DNA from: an uncultured Halobacteriales archaeon
GTDB lineage: Archaea; Halobacteriota; Halobacteria; Halobacteriales; Hikarchaeaceae
Length of the DNA stretch: 38,256 bases
Reading direction: 5' to 3'
Assembly: GCA_964404815.1 (NCBI GenBank)
Contig: CAYOLR010000003.1
Span: 1-38,256, forward strand
Shown in pieces: positions 9,238 to 16,747 of this stretch. The notes beneath the pieces are model-generated. The model did not search any database, had not been told where the DNA came from, and was given only the letters and a program-made list of their open reading frames with translations. How positions within the stretch are numbered: the stretch's first letter is position 1; the number at the start of each line of letters is the position of its first letter. A program made the position numbers and the translations under genes.

Positions 9238-9993
9238 GTGGCCGACGTCGTATTGAAGGGCGAACTCCACACGAGTCCCGAGGATCTCGAGGAGGCCAAG
9301 GACCTGCTCCTCGACGGGGTGGATGTCATCGTGCTTGAGGGGAGTGCCTATACGGATTCCTCGATCGAGCTCGCACAAGGGTGGTTCGCCCTCACGTTGA
9401 CGTCGTTTTTCTGGATCCTCGATAGCGTCTATATCGACAATGACATTCTAGTCGACCTGGCCCGTGCCAAGGGAACGTCCGTCGTGTATACGAGGGAAAC
9501 GGATACGGCGATCGCTGAAAACGTCTCGTTTCCCGTTAAGGCCCTGGCTGGCGCGGTGTTTTACGTCTTGACGCCGGCGAGTATCTGGACTGGCTTTCTC
9601 ACCGGCAGTCAACTCTTCGGGGCATACCTATTGTTCCTTGGGTTGGTTCTGCCGATCGGGATCGTACGGATGTTCGATACCCGGGGTCAAACCGTCAGTC
9701 GGGATCGGTATATCGCCGACGAGATCCGGGGGGCCCTAAATCGGGGGGAGTCCGTGTTGGCAGTCGTGGGTGCCGCCCATGTCGACGGGATTCAGCGGCG
9801 GCTTCCCCCCGATATCGACATCGAGTTGCGGCCACCGAAGTACGGCGTCTGGTCCATTCACCACTTGCGACAGATCGCCCTGCCGATGTTCAAAGCCGGC
9901 TTGGTGCTCTTTTCGATGTATCTGTTGGCGGTGTGGTTCGCCGTTCACGCGGTAGCAACACTGTCTCCGTTAGTTGAGGGCCTCCTCGTCTGA
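9238..9993 (+). CDS. TraB/PrgY/Tiki-like membrane protein
   Basis: GELH, VIVLEG, RDRYIA and VLAVVGAAH.DGI match TraB-family metal-site motifs; about 3 TM segments. Confidence 0.7.
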   Translation: MADVVLKGELHTSPEDLEEAKDLLLDGVDVIVLEGSAYTDSSIELAQGWFALTLTSFFWILDSVYIDNDILVDLARAKGTSVVYTRETDTAIAENVSFPVKALAGAVFYVLTPASIWTGFLTGSQLFGAYLLFLGLVLPIGIVRMFDTRGQTVSRDRYIADEIRGALNRGESVLAVVGAAHVDGIQRRLPPDIDIELRPPKYGVWSIHHLRQIALPMFKAGLVLFSMYLLAVWFAVHAVATLSPLVEGLLV

Positions 9994-10061
9994 GTTCGGG
10001 ATCCGGGAGGCGTGGCCAGAAGGTTAATTCGGTGGGATGTCGAGGGTTTACCGCAAGGGTC

Positions 10062-12881
10062 ATGTCAGATGATACCACATCCGATTTCGAACAGGGGCGG
10101 CTGTTCGAACTGTACACGAAATACGTAACCGAGCCCGAGTCGAAACGAGACGTTTACGGATATACGATCCTCCTGGTAGGCTATCTCCTGGGGATGGCCG
10201 GAATGGTAGTGTTCCTGATCGGCCCGTCGGGTGGTGATCTCGACCCGATAACGGTCCTGGTCCGGGAGATTTCGATCCCGGCGGCCGGCCTCGGTCTCGT
10301 TATTACATTGTTCGGGATCGAGCTCATGCTCCCGGTGAAACGCAAGGGCATCGCCATCGGGGGCGTGGGAACCGCAATGGGGCTCACTGCGGCGGGCTGG
10401 TTCATCGTGGCGTATCCACAGAACTGGTCGATCGGCACGCCCGATTACAGCTCAGCGATTATCACCCTCTACACGGCCGGGATCGCGCTGGTCGCCGGGG
10501 TGGTAGTTATGGTGCCTGTCATCACCGGCGAACGATCGTACTTCGCCGCGGCCCGGGAGGTGCTTGGTCAAGACCATCCGGACATCATGCTCGGCCGGAC
10601 GGATCGCGGGGGGCTGTTCACCATTTTTAACCGTGGCTCGGACTGGACTTGGCGGCTGATCGATCAGGCAGCGATCGCGGAATCGACCGACGCCTTTCTC
10701 TCCCGCCTCGAGACCGAAAACCGGGTTGACCGGGTGAAGGATCTGGTAGACCAGGCGGCCCTCCTCGAAATCGCTCACGCCGCCTTCCGCCTGTATCGGG
10801 TCGGAGAGGACCGTTGGCGATGGCTCTTGATGCGCGAAAACGGGAGCGTGGTGGCGGACTCCGGTGACGAATATCCGTCACGGGAGGCAGCCGAGTCATC
10901 GGTCAACGACCTCAAGGAATTCGGGCCATCGGCGACGGTAATTGCGATCGACGAAGCCGCTTTCGAGACATATCCCGCCGATGGGGGATGGAAATGGCGG
11001 CTGATAAATGACAGACGGGAGACGCTGGCGACCAGTGCGACTCCAGTGGAGGACAAGGCGGCCGCCAAACGGGCGGCCGACGCGTTCGTCGAACGGGCGG
11101 TGGACGCGCCGCAGCTCACGATCGAGTCATATGGCATCGAACTCCTCGAGGGTGATGACGCTGGGTGGCACTGGCGGCTGCTAGACCCCGGTCTCGAGGT
11201 CTTGGGCGGGGCAACGCGAGCCCATCCCAGCAAAGGGGTGGTCGAGGACGCCGCCTATGATCTTTTGGAGCGGCTCGACGGCGCGGCGCTATTGGATGGT
11301 ACCGAGTCATCCTATGACCTCTTCGAGGACCCGTCGGGTAACTGGCAGTGGCGGCTCGTGACCCCCGAGAATCGGCGGATCGTCACGGGGAACGGGTCGG
11401 GCGCGAACCCCGGCGCGGTCAGGTCCGAGGCGCGGGCGTTCAGAGACCTCGCTCCCGGCACAGATATCGTCGAGATCCGGACGCAGGACTTCGAGGTGTA
11501 TCAGGCCAATGGCCATTGGCACTGGCGGCTGGTCGACAGCGATCGGGCGGTCCGGGCGGAGAGCGTGGAGGCATACGACTCCGAGGAACAAGCAGCATCC
11601 GCGATCGATCGGCTCCGCCAGCAGGCCCCCGACGCGGACCTCATCGAGTTCGAAACTGCAGCCTTCCAGATCTATGAATCCGAGGAGGGTGGGTGGCGAT
11701 GGCGGCTCATCGACGAGGATGGTAACGTCCTGGCCGATTCGAGCGAGGGAGAGTACGATTCGCGGGATGGGGCGACGGCGGCCATGGCCACACTAAAGGA
11801 GTACGCACCCGAGGCCGAGCAGCTCGAGATCGAGACGGCTGCGTTCGAACTGTTCGAGGATCCTGACGAGGGCTGGGGATGGCGACTGGTGGACGATATT
11901 GGCGAAACCATCGCTCGAGGATCCCGTCGATATCCCACGCGGGACGAGGCCCACGATGACATGGATGCGCTGCGAGGGGAAGTCGAGGACGTCCGCGGCC
12001 GCGTCATGTCGGATGGTATCTTCCAGGTCTACCAGGATGGGGCCGATGAATGGTGGTGGCGGTTCGTCCGGCCCGATGGGACTGACCTTGCCGAGAGTCC
12101 CGAAGGGTTCGGAACCCGCCACGAGGCCGAGGATGCGATCGACGAACTCGTCGACGACCACGTCGGCGCCGGCATCGCCGAGGTCGGTCAACTCGCCGTA
12201 GTGGTCGACGAATCCGGCGAGGATTGGACCTGGCGGTTCGTCGACCAGGACCGGATTCCGATCGCCGAGAGTACGCGCCAATACGAGACGCGGAACGCCG
12301 CCCGACAGGCGATCGGCGATGTCCAGTCGGCGGTTGATACGGTTACGGTCTTCGAGATCCGGGATGCCGCGTTCTTCGTGACGGATGGAGAATGGACCTG
12401 GGCACTGTTCGACGAGGCTCACGAGGAGGTCGCCGTTGGCGCAGAATCGTTCGACAGCCTGGAGGCGGCAGAGGCGAATGTGGATACCGTCACGAATCGG
12501 GTCGACAGCGCGGGGTATATCGATTACGAGGGAGCGGCCTTCGAAGTTCACGACACCGATGACGGGTGGCAGTGGCGACTCATCGACGAAGCTCGGAACG
12601 TGATTTCGGCGAGCACGGAAACGTACGAGAGCAAACAGGCCGTCGAGGAGACGGTCGAGGCGATCAGAGAGGAACTCACGGAGGCGTCCATTCTGGAGAT
12701 CGAACGGGCCGCCTTCGAGTTTCACGAGGACACCCAGGGCTGGCGCTGGCGACTCATCGACGAATCGGGTAATGAACTCGCCGAAAGCCTCCAGGCTTAC
12801 GAAAGTCGAACCGATGCACGCGAGGCGATGACGACGGTGAAGGATTTCGCGCCGGAGGCGTGGACGTCGGTCGCGGATTGA
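10062..12881 (+). CDS. Membrane-anchored protein with 4 TM segments and 13 tandem YegP/DUF1508-like repeats
   Basis: Hydrophobic N-terminal domain followed by 13 units of about 58 aa: F-x-x-Y-x-D-x-x-x-W-x-W-R-L...A-x-S...Y-x-S-R-x-x-A. Start at MSDDTTS. Confidence 0.9.
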   Translation: MSDDTTSDFEQGRLFELYTKYVTEPESKRDVYGYTILLVGYLLGMAGMVVFLIGPSGGDLDPITVLVREISIPAAGLGLVITLFGIELMLPVKRKGIAIGGVGTAMGLTAAGWFIVAYPQNWSIGTPDYSSAIITLYTAGIALVAGVVVMVPVITGERSYFAAAREVLGQDHPDIMLGRTDRGGLFTIFNRGSDWTWRLIDQAAIAESTDAFLSRLETENRVDRVKDLVDQAALLEIAHAAFRLYRVGEDRWRWLLMRENGSVVADSGDEYPSREAAESSVNDLKEFGPSATVIAIDEAAFETYPADGGWKWRLINDRRETLATSATPVEDKAAAKRAADAFVERAVDAPQLTIESYGIELLEGDDAGWHWRLLDPGLEVLGGATRAHPSKGVVEDAAYDLLERLDGAALLDGTESSYDLFEDPSGNWQWRLVTPENRRIVTGNGSGANPGAVRSEARAFRDLAPGTDIVEIRTQDFEVYQANGHWHWRLVDSDRAVRAESVEAYDSEEQAASAIDRLRQQAPDADLIEFETAAFQIYESEEGGWRWRLIDEDGNVLADSSEGEYDSRDGATAAMATLKEYAPEAEQLEIETAAFELFEDPDEGWGWRLVDDIGETIARGSRRYPTRDEAHDDMDALRGEVEDVRGRVMSDGIFQVYQDGADEWWWRFVRPDGTDLAESPEGFGTRHEAEDAIDELVDDHVGAGIAEVGQLAVVVDESGEDWTWRFVDQDRIPIAESTRQYETRNAARQAIGDVQSAVDTVTVFEIRDAAFFVTDGEWTWALFDEAHEEVAVGAESFDSLEAAEANVDTVTNRVDSAGYIDYEGAAFEVHDTDDGWQWRLIDEARNVISASTETYESKQAVEETVEAIREELTEASILEIERAAFEFHEDTQGWRWRLIDESGNELAESLQAYESRTDAREAMTTVKDFAPEAWTSVAD

Positions 12882-12892
12882 GTAACAATCCG

Positions 12893-12908
12893 TCATCAGA
12901 CTTGATAA
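12893..12908. promoter_or_regulatory. Palindromic site upstream of ORF 13041
   Basis: TCATC AGACTT GATAA, 13 bp from weak TATA GCTAAG. Confidence 0.65.
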
Positions 12909-13040
12909 TTAGCGGGGTAGGGCTAAGGGCGCTCGGACGCCGATCCCGGACATGGGACCGACACCGTGGGGACGGCCGGCGATGAAGGCGCATCAAGTGA
13001 TCTGGGATTCCGAGCAGCGCCCTGTGGAGGTGATCAGCCC

Positions 13041-13550
13041 ATGGAAATGACGTTCTCCGAACGGAATCAGAACGCGTACCTGGTCGACGAGATCGAAGTC
13101 TCCATGACCATTAAGGACGGGAAATTTACGGCGACATCGACGAGTGGCCCGAAGTCGGGACGGGTGGAGTTCAATCCGGGGGAGACGACGGTCGAACTCG
13201 TGCTCGAAGGTGCAGGCTCGGACCGGGCGTCGGTTCCGATGAGCCGCCCGGAACTCACCCAACTCAGAACCACGATCGATGCAGTTCTGGCAAACGAGTT
13301 TGCCGACAGGGATAGCTCGTCGGAGCGTGGCCGGGGGACCTTCTTTGCGGGATATCGACAGCTCCGGGAACAGGACGAAGGGATCGGGGTAACGTTCGAT
13401 ACCGAAACGCTCAGTTCCCTTGGGTTGGTCGATGAAGCCGGATCGCTCACGGGGGGATCGAGGCAGGTCCAGTGTACCGTGCTTCAGAGTGGTGTCGCGA
13501 TCATCAACCTGGTACCCGACGAATCGTCGCAGATGTTCGACGTCTTTTGA
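13041..13550 (+). CDS. Hypothetical protein (169 aa), possible C-terminal AbrB-like swapped hairpin
   Basis: Acidic ORF with SD GGAGGTGA before ATG 13041; RQLREQDEGIGVTFDTETLSSLGL loosely resembles AbrB/MazE folds (tentative). Confidence 0.72.
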   Translation: MEMTFSERNQNAYLVDEIEVSMTIKDGKFTATSTSGPKSGRVEFNPGETTVELVLEGAGSDRASVPMSRPELTQLRTTIDAVLANEFADRDSSSERGRGTFFAGYRQLREQDEGIGVTFDTETLSSLGLVDEAGSLTGGSRQVQCTVLQSGVAIINLVPDESSQMFDVF

Positions 13551-13700
13551 CGAGCAGGGGTGATGTGACGGCGATTCGACAGGCGGCGTGGCTGCATCCT
13601 GGCGCTTCGGCCGGCTGCAGCCAGTGAAAGATAGGCTAAATCGGTTATTATGTATAGGCAGTGTCCCGAGAAATCCAATGACGGTTGAGAGGGTCGACTG

Positions 13701-15293
13701 GTGCAAGAATCGACAGACATCCTCGTATTCGCCCCTGACGAGGACCTCTTTGACTCGGTGGAAACGGCCCTCGAACCGCTTGGGTCGTCGGTCATTCGCG
13801 CTCGGACGGCTATCGAGACGGTGAAATACCTGGATGACCGTCGGTTCGGTGCCGTGATATGTCCGGCGGCGGAAACGACGCCCGAACCCCCGAGGTTCGT
13901 CGAACTCGTCCACAACGAGTCTCCGAGCGTCCCTGTCGTCCTCGTGGGCACGGCGCCCGACACCGATTCGATCCGCCGTGCCGTCGAAGCCGGAGCCGCC
14001 GCTCATGTCGAGGCCATCGGCGTCGACCTCCGGAAGGAACTTACGACGATCGGCTTTGAGACACGAATCCGTGACGAGCTAGATCGACACAACCGACTCG
14101 GCCGTGTGGTCCGCGAACTGGGCCAGTCGCTCTTCACGGCCACGACGGTCGACGAGGTCGAGCGGCTCGTGTACCGGCGGCTGTCCGAAGCTGGCCTATA
14201 TCAGTTCATTTGGGTTGGGGCCCCGGGCGATGACGGGAAAATCGACCTCCACGTCCCGATCCCGAGTACTGTCGCCGCGACAGAAATTCCGGGGATCGAC
14301 GCGGAGGCGGGAGCGGCGAAAGTCGACCACGCGCTCAAGTCTGGCTCGATCGAGGTAGTCGGGGACGGCGAGGGGTTTACCCGTCGGGTCCTCAGCGGGT
14401 CCACCGGACCGGACACGGACAATGGACCGGGTAATGACGCTGGGCTCACGACGGCGATAGTTCCCTTCGTCGGCGAGGGGTCGGTCGTAGGGGTCGGGGT
14501 CTTTGCCACGGAGAGGTCTCGCGGGATCGATTCGGCCGAGGCATCGGTACTGGAGACATTGAGCCGGTTGACCGGGACGGCGATCTGGCTGGTAGAAGCC
14601 CGTTCGGAACTGCAGCGGACCCGCCAACGCGTCGAGGAGTTTGCCGGTCTGATCGCCCATGAAATCCGCAATCCGCTCGCGATAGCGATGACGCAACTGG
14701 ATCTACTTCGTGAAGGGGAGGACGGCCAAGCCATCGATCGGGTCGATTCCTCGCTGCAACGGATCGAACGACACGTCGAGAACCTGGTAACTCTGTCGCG
14801 GGGTCTCGATATTGACGACCTAACGACCCAGGCGATCGCGGAGACGGCATCGGCGGCGTGGGAGTCGCTCGAGACGCCGGGCGCGGAGCTCGTAATCGAG
14901 TCGTCGAGGCCACTGGCGGCCGATCACGACCTGCTGATGCAATGCTTTAGTAATCTGTTTCGCAATGCCCTCGAGCAGGAGACAGAAGGAAAAACAGTCG
15001 TTCGCCTCGGGAGCTTCGACGAGGGGTTCTATGTCGCTGATAATGGGCCGGGAATTCCGCCCGAGGAACGAGAGCGGGTGTTCGAATCGGGGTATTCGCA
15101 GAGCGCCGGCCTCGGCATTGGTCTCACCGTCGTTCGTGAGATCTGTCGCGTCCACGGGTGGTCGATCGAGGTGAAGGAAAGCCGAGAGGGTGGCGCAAGA
15201 TTCGAGATCAGGACGGAGGGGCCTGACGATAACGACGGGTCCGACGACCGGCTCTCCGGGCCGTTCGATACGGACACCGTCACCGATTTTTAG
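13701..15293 (+). CDS. Cytoplasmic hybrid histidine kinase: degenerate receiver, GAF, HisKA, HATPase
   Basis: Receiver-like N-terminus, GAF (YQFIWVG...IVPF...VGV), H-box AHEIRNPL, NLFRNA, DNGPGI, GLGIGL. Confidence 0.9.
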   Translation: MQESTDILVFAPDEDLFDSVETALEPLGSSVIRARTAIETVKYLDDRRFGAVICPAAETTPEPPRFVELVHNESPSVPVVLVGTAPDTDSIRRAVEAGAAAHVEAIGVDLRKELTTIGFETRIRDELDRHNRLGRVVRELGQSLFTATTVDEVERLVYRRLSEAGLYQFIWVGAPGDDGKIDLHVPIPSTVAATEIPGIDAEAGAAKVDHALKSGSIEVVGDGEGFTRRVLSGSTGPDTDNGPGNDAGLTTAIVPFVGEGSVVGVGVFATERSRGIDSAEASVLETLSRLTGTAIWLVEARSELQRTRQRVEEFAGLIAHEIRNPLAIAMTQLDLLREGEDGQAIDRVDSSLQRIERHVENLVTLSRGLDIDDLTTQAIAETASAAWESLETPGAELVIESSRPLAADHDLLMQCFSNLFRNALEQETEGKTVVRLGSFDEGFYVADNGPGIPPEERERVFESGYSQSAGLGIGLTVVREICRVHGWSIEVKESREGGARFEIRTEGPDDNDGSDDRLSGPFDTDTVTDF

Positions 15294-16684
15294 TCCGACG
15301 AGTCGAGCAGATCGCCCGAAAGGGCCTCGGCGATGGCCCGGCGTCGGGCCTTCCCATCTTCGACGTCTTCACGAAGGTCAGCGACCTCATCGGCGACGTC
15401 ATCGATGGTGGTTTCGAGGGCATCGATCTGGTCCGCCATGTCCGTCCGTGCCTCACTGGCGTCACGGCGGAGCGTGGCGAGCGCGGCTTCGAGGTCCGCA
15501 ATATCGTCGGAGAAATCGGTCCGCTCATCGGCTGCCGTCTCGATCGCTGATTGCAGGTCATCGATTTGGCCCGTTATTCGATCCTGTGTGTCGGTCATGT
15601 CATCGAGACGATCCATCGCCACGTCGAGGTCGGCACCGAGCTCGGTCAGGTCCGTCTCGATGGTATCGAGATCGGACTTGATCTCCGTAACGAACTCCTC
15701 CGCGGTCCCGTGTTCGTCGATAAGGTCGCGGAGGGCCTCTGTGTAAGCGGCGAACTCCTCCATGTTGGATTCGATCTGTTGCAAACGGACCTCCGCGCTT
15801 CGGGGAAGCCCTGCCGATGGCTCATCCACGAACTTGCTGAGTTCAGTCGCCAGGGCCTCGCCTCGTTCGGTCTCCGGGGACTCGGCCTGGAGAGCGGTTA
15901 CCAGTTCGTCGATAAGGTGGCTGTCGTCGAGTCCGGTTGGGGAGTTCGAACCGGCCTGGGGGTCGTCAGTCGGCGGCCCCTCGGAGTCCGACGCTTCGGT
16001 CTTGGAGAACAGTTCCTCGACCGATTCCGGTGCCGTCGCGTCAGTTACTGTCGCATCCGGGTCGTCCTCAAGGTCGGTGATGGCCTCCGCTACGGCTACC
16101 GCCGCCTCTTCGGATTCCGATGTTTCCACATTGGCCGAGGCCGGCTCCTCGCGGGCGGCCGGCGTCTGGTCGGTACCCCCGAATACCGAGTTTTTGAGGT
16201 TCGTGAATAGTTTTTGGTCCGCCGTCTCACTCCCGACCCCGCCGCGCGCCATGGCTGGCGTTTCGAGGTCAACCTCGTCGACCTCCGCCGCCTCGATTCG
16301 TTCCTCGAGTTCGATCGTAGGGGGTACGCCGGTTTGGTCGGGCTCGATTGCGTCCGGGGACAACACCCGTCCTGGACACATTCCGTATTTGACCACTCGC
16401 TCGTCGTCGGGGTCGAGGACCCCGCCAACAACGACTTGGTGATCCTCGATCCGTCCGTGGCTCGGTTGGTGGTCGGGATGAAAACCGATTTCATCCAGGT
16501 CGTACGAGCCCGGGAGGGGGTCGATACACTGGTACTTGACGGGGGTATCGGCGTGTGAGGCGAACCGTAACGTGACCATAATCCCTGAGTCCCGGACGAC
16601 AAGGGATCTGTTGATGGCCAGAAGGTCGCCCTCGACCGTAATCGGGTCGAGTTCGACGCCGGAAGAATCCTTATCACGTGGCAT
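15290..16684 (-). CDS. Acidic protein with N-terminal beta domain, disordered linker and long C-terminal coiled coil
   Basis: IGFHPD-containing globular N-terminus and clear heptads over the last 150 aa; start MPRDKD at 16684 fits the TATA box near 16712-16718. Confidence 0.85.
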   Translation of the reverse strand: MPRDKDSSGVELDPITVEGDLLAINRSLVVRDSGIMVTLRFASHADTPVKYQCIDPLPGSYDLDEIGFHPDHQPSHGRIEDHQVVVGGVLDPDDERVVKYGMCPGRVLSPDAIEPDQTGVPPTIELEERIEAAEVDEVDLETPAMARGGVGSETADQKLFTNLKNSVFGGTDQTPAAREEPASANVETSESEEAAVAVAEAITDLEDDPDATVTDATAPESVEELFSKTEASDSEGPPTDDPQAGSNSPTGLDDSHLIDELVTALQAESPETERGEALATELSKFVDEPSAGLPRSAEVRLQQIESNMEEFAAYTEALRDLIDEHGTAEEFVTEIKSDLDTIETDLTELGADLDVAMDRLDDMTDTQDRITGQIDDLQSAIETAADERTDFSDDIADLEAALATLRRDASEARTDMADQIDALETTIDDVADEVADLREDVEDGKARRRAIAEALSGDLLDSSD

Positions 16685-16731
16685 CCGTATTCGAATCGAA
16701 GGGAAAGGCGCCTTAATAAATAATCCGGCAT

Positions 16732-16747
16732 TTATCAAATTTGAATT
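16732..16747. promoter_or_regulatory. Palindromic site variant upstream of coiled-coil gene
   Basis: TTATC AAATTT GAATT, 13 bp from TATTAAG (minus strand). Confidence 0.55.

Noticed and set aside
10620-12860. Repeated TGGCGG/TGGCGA-type DNA motifs considered as a CRISPR or tandem DNA repeat
   Set aside because: They are codons of the WxWRL protein repeats; there are no identical repeats with spacers and no cas genes.
11793-14006. Long antisense ORFs (367 aa and 337 aa)
   Set aside because: Shadow frames of real plus-strand genes, common in high-GC DNA.
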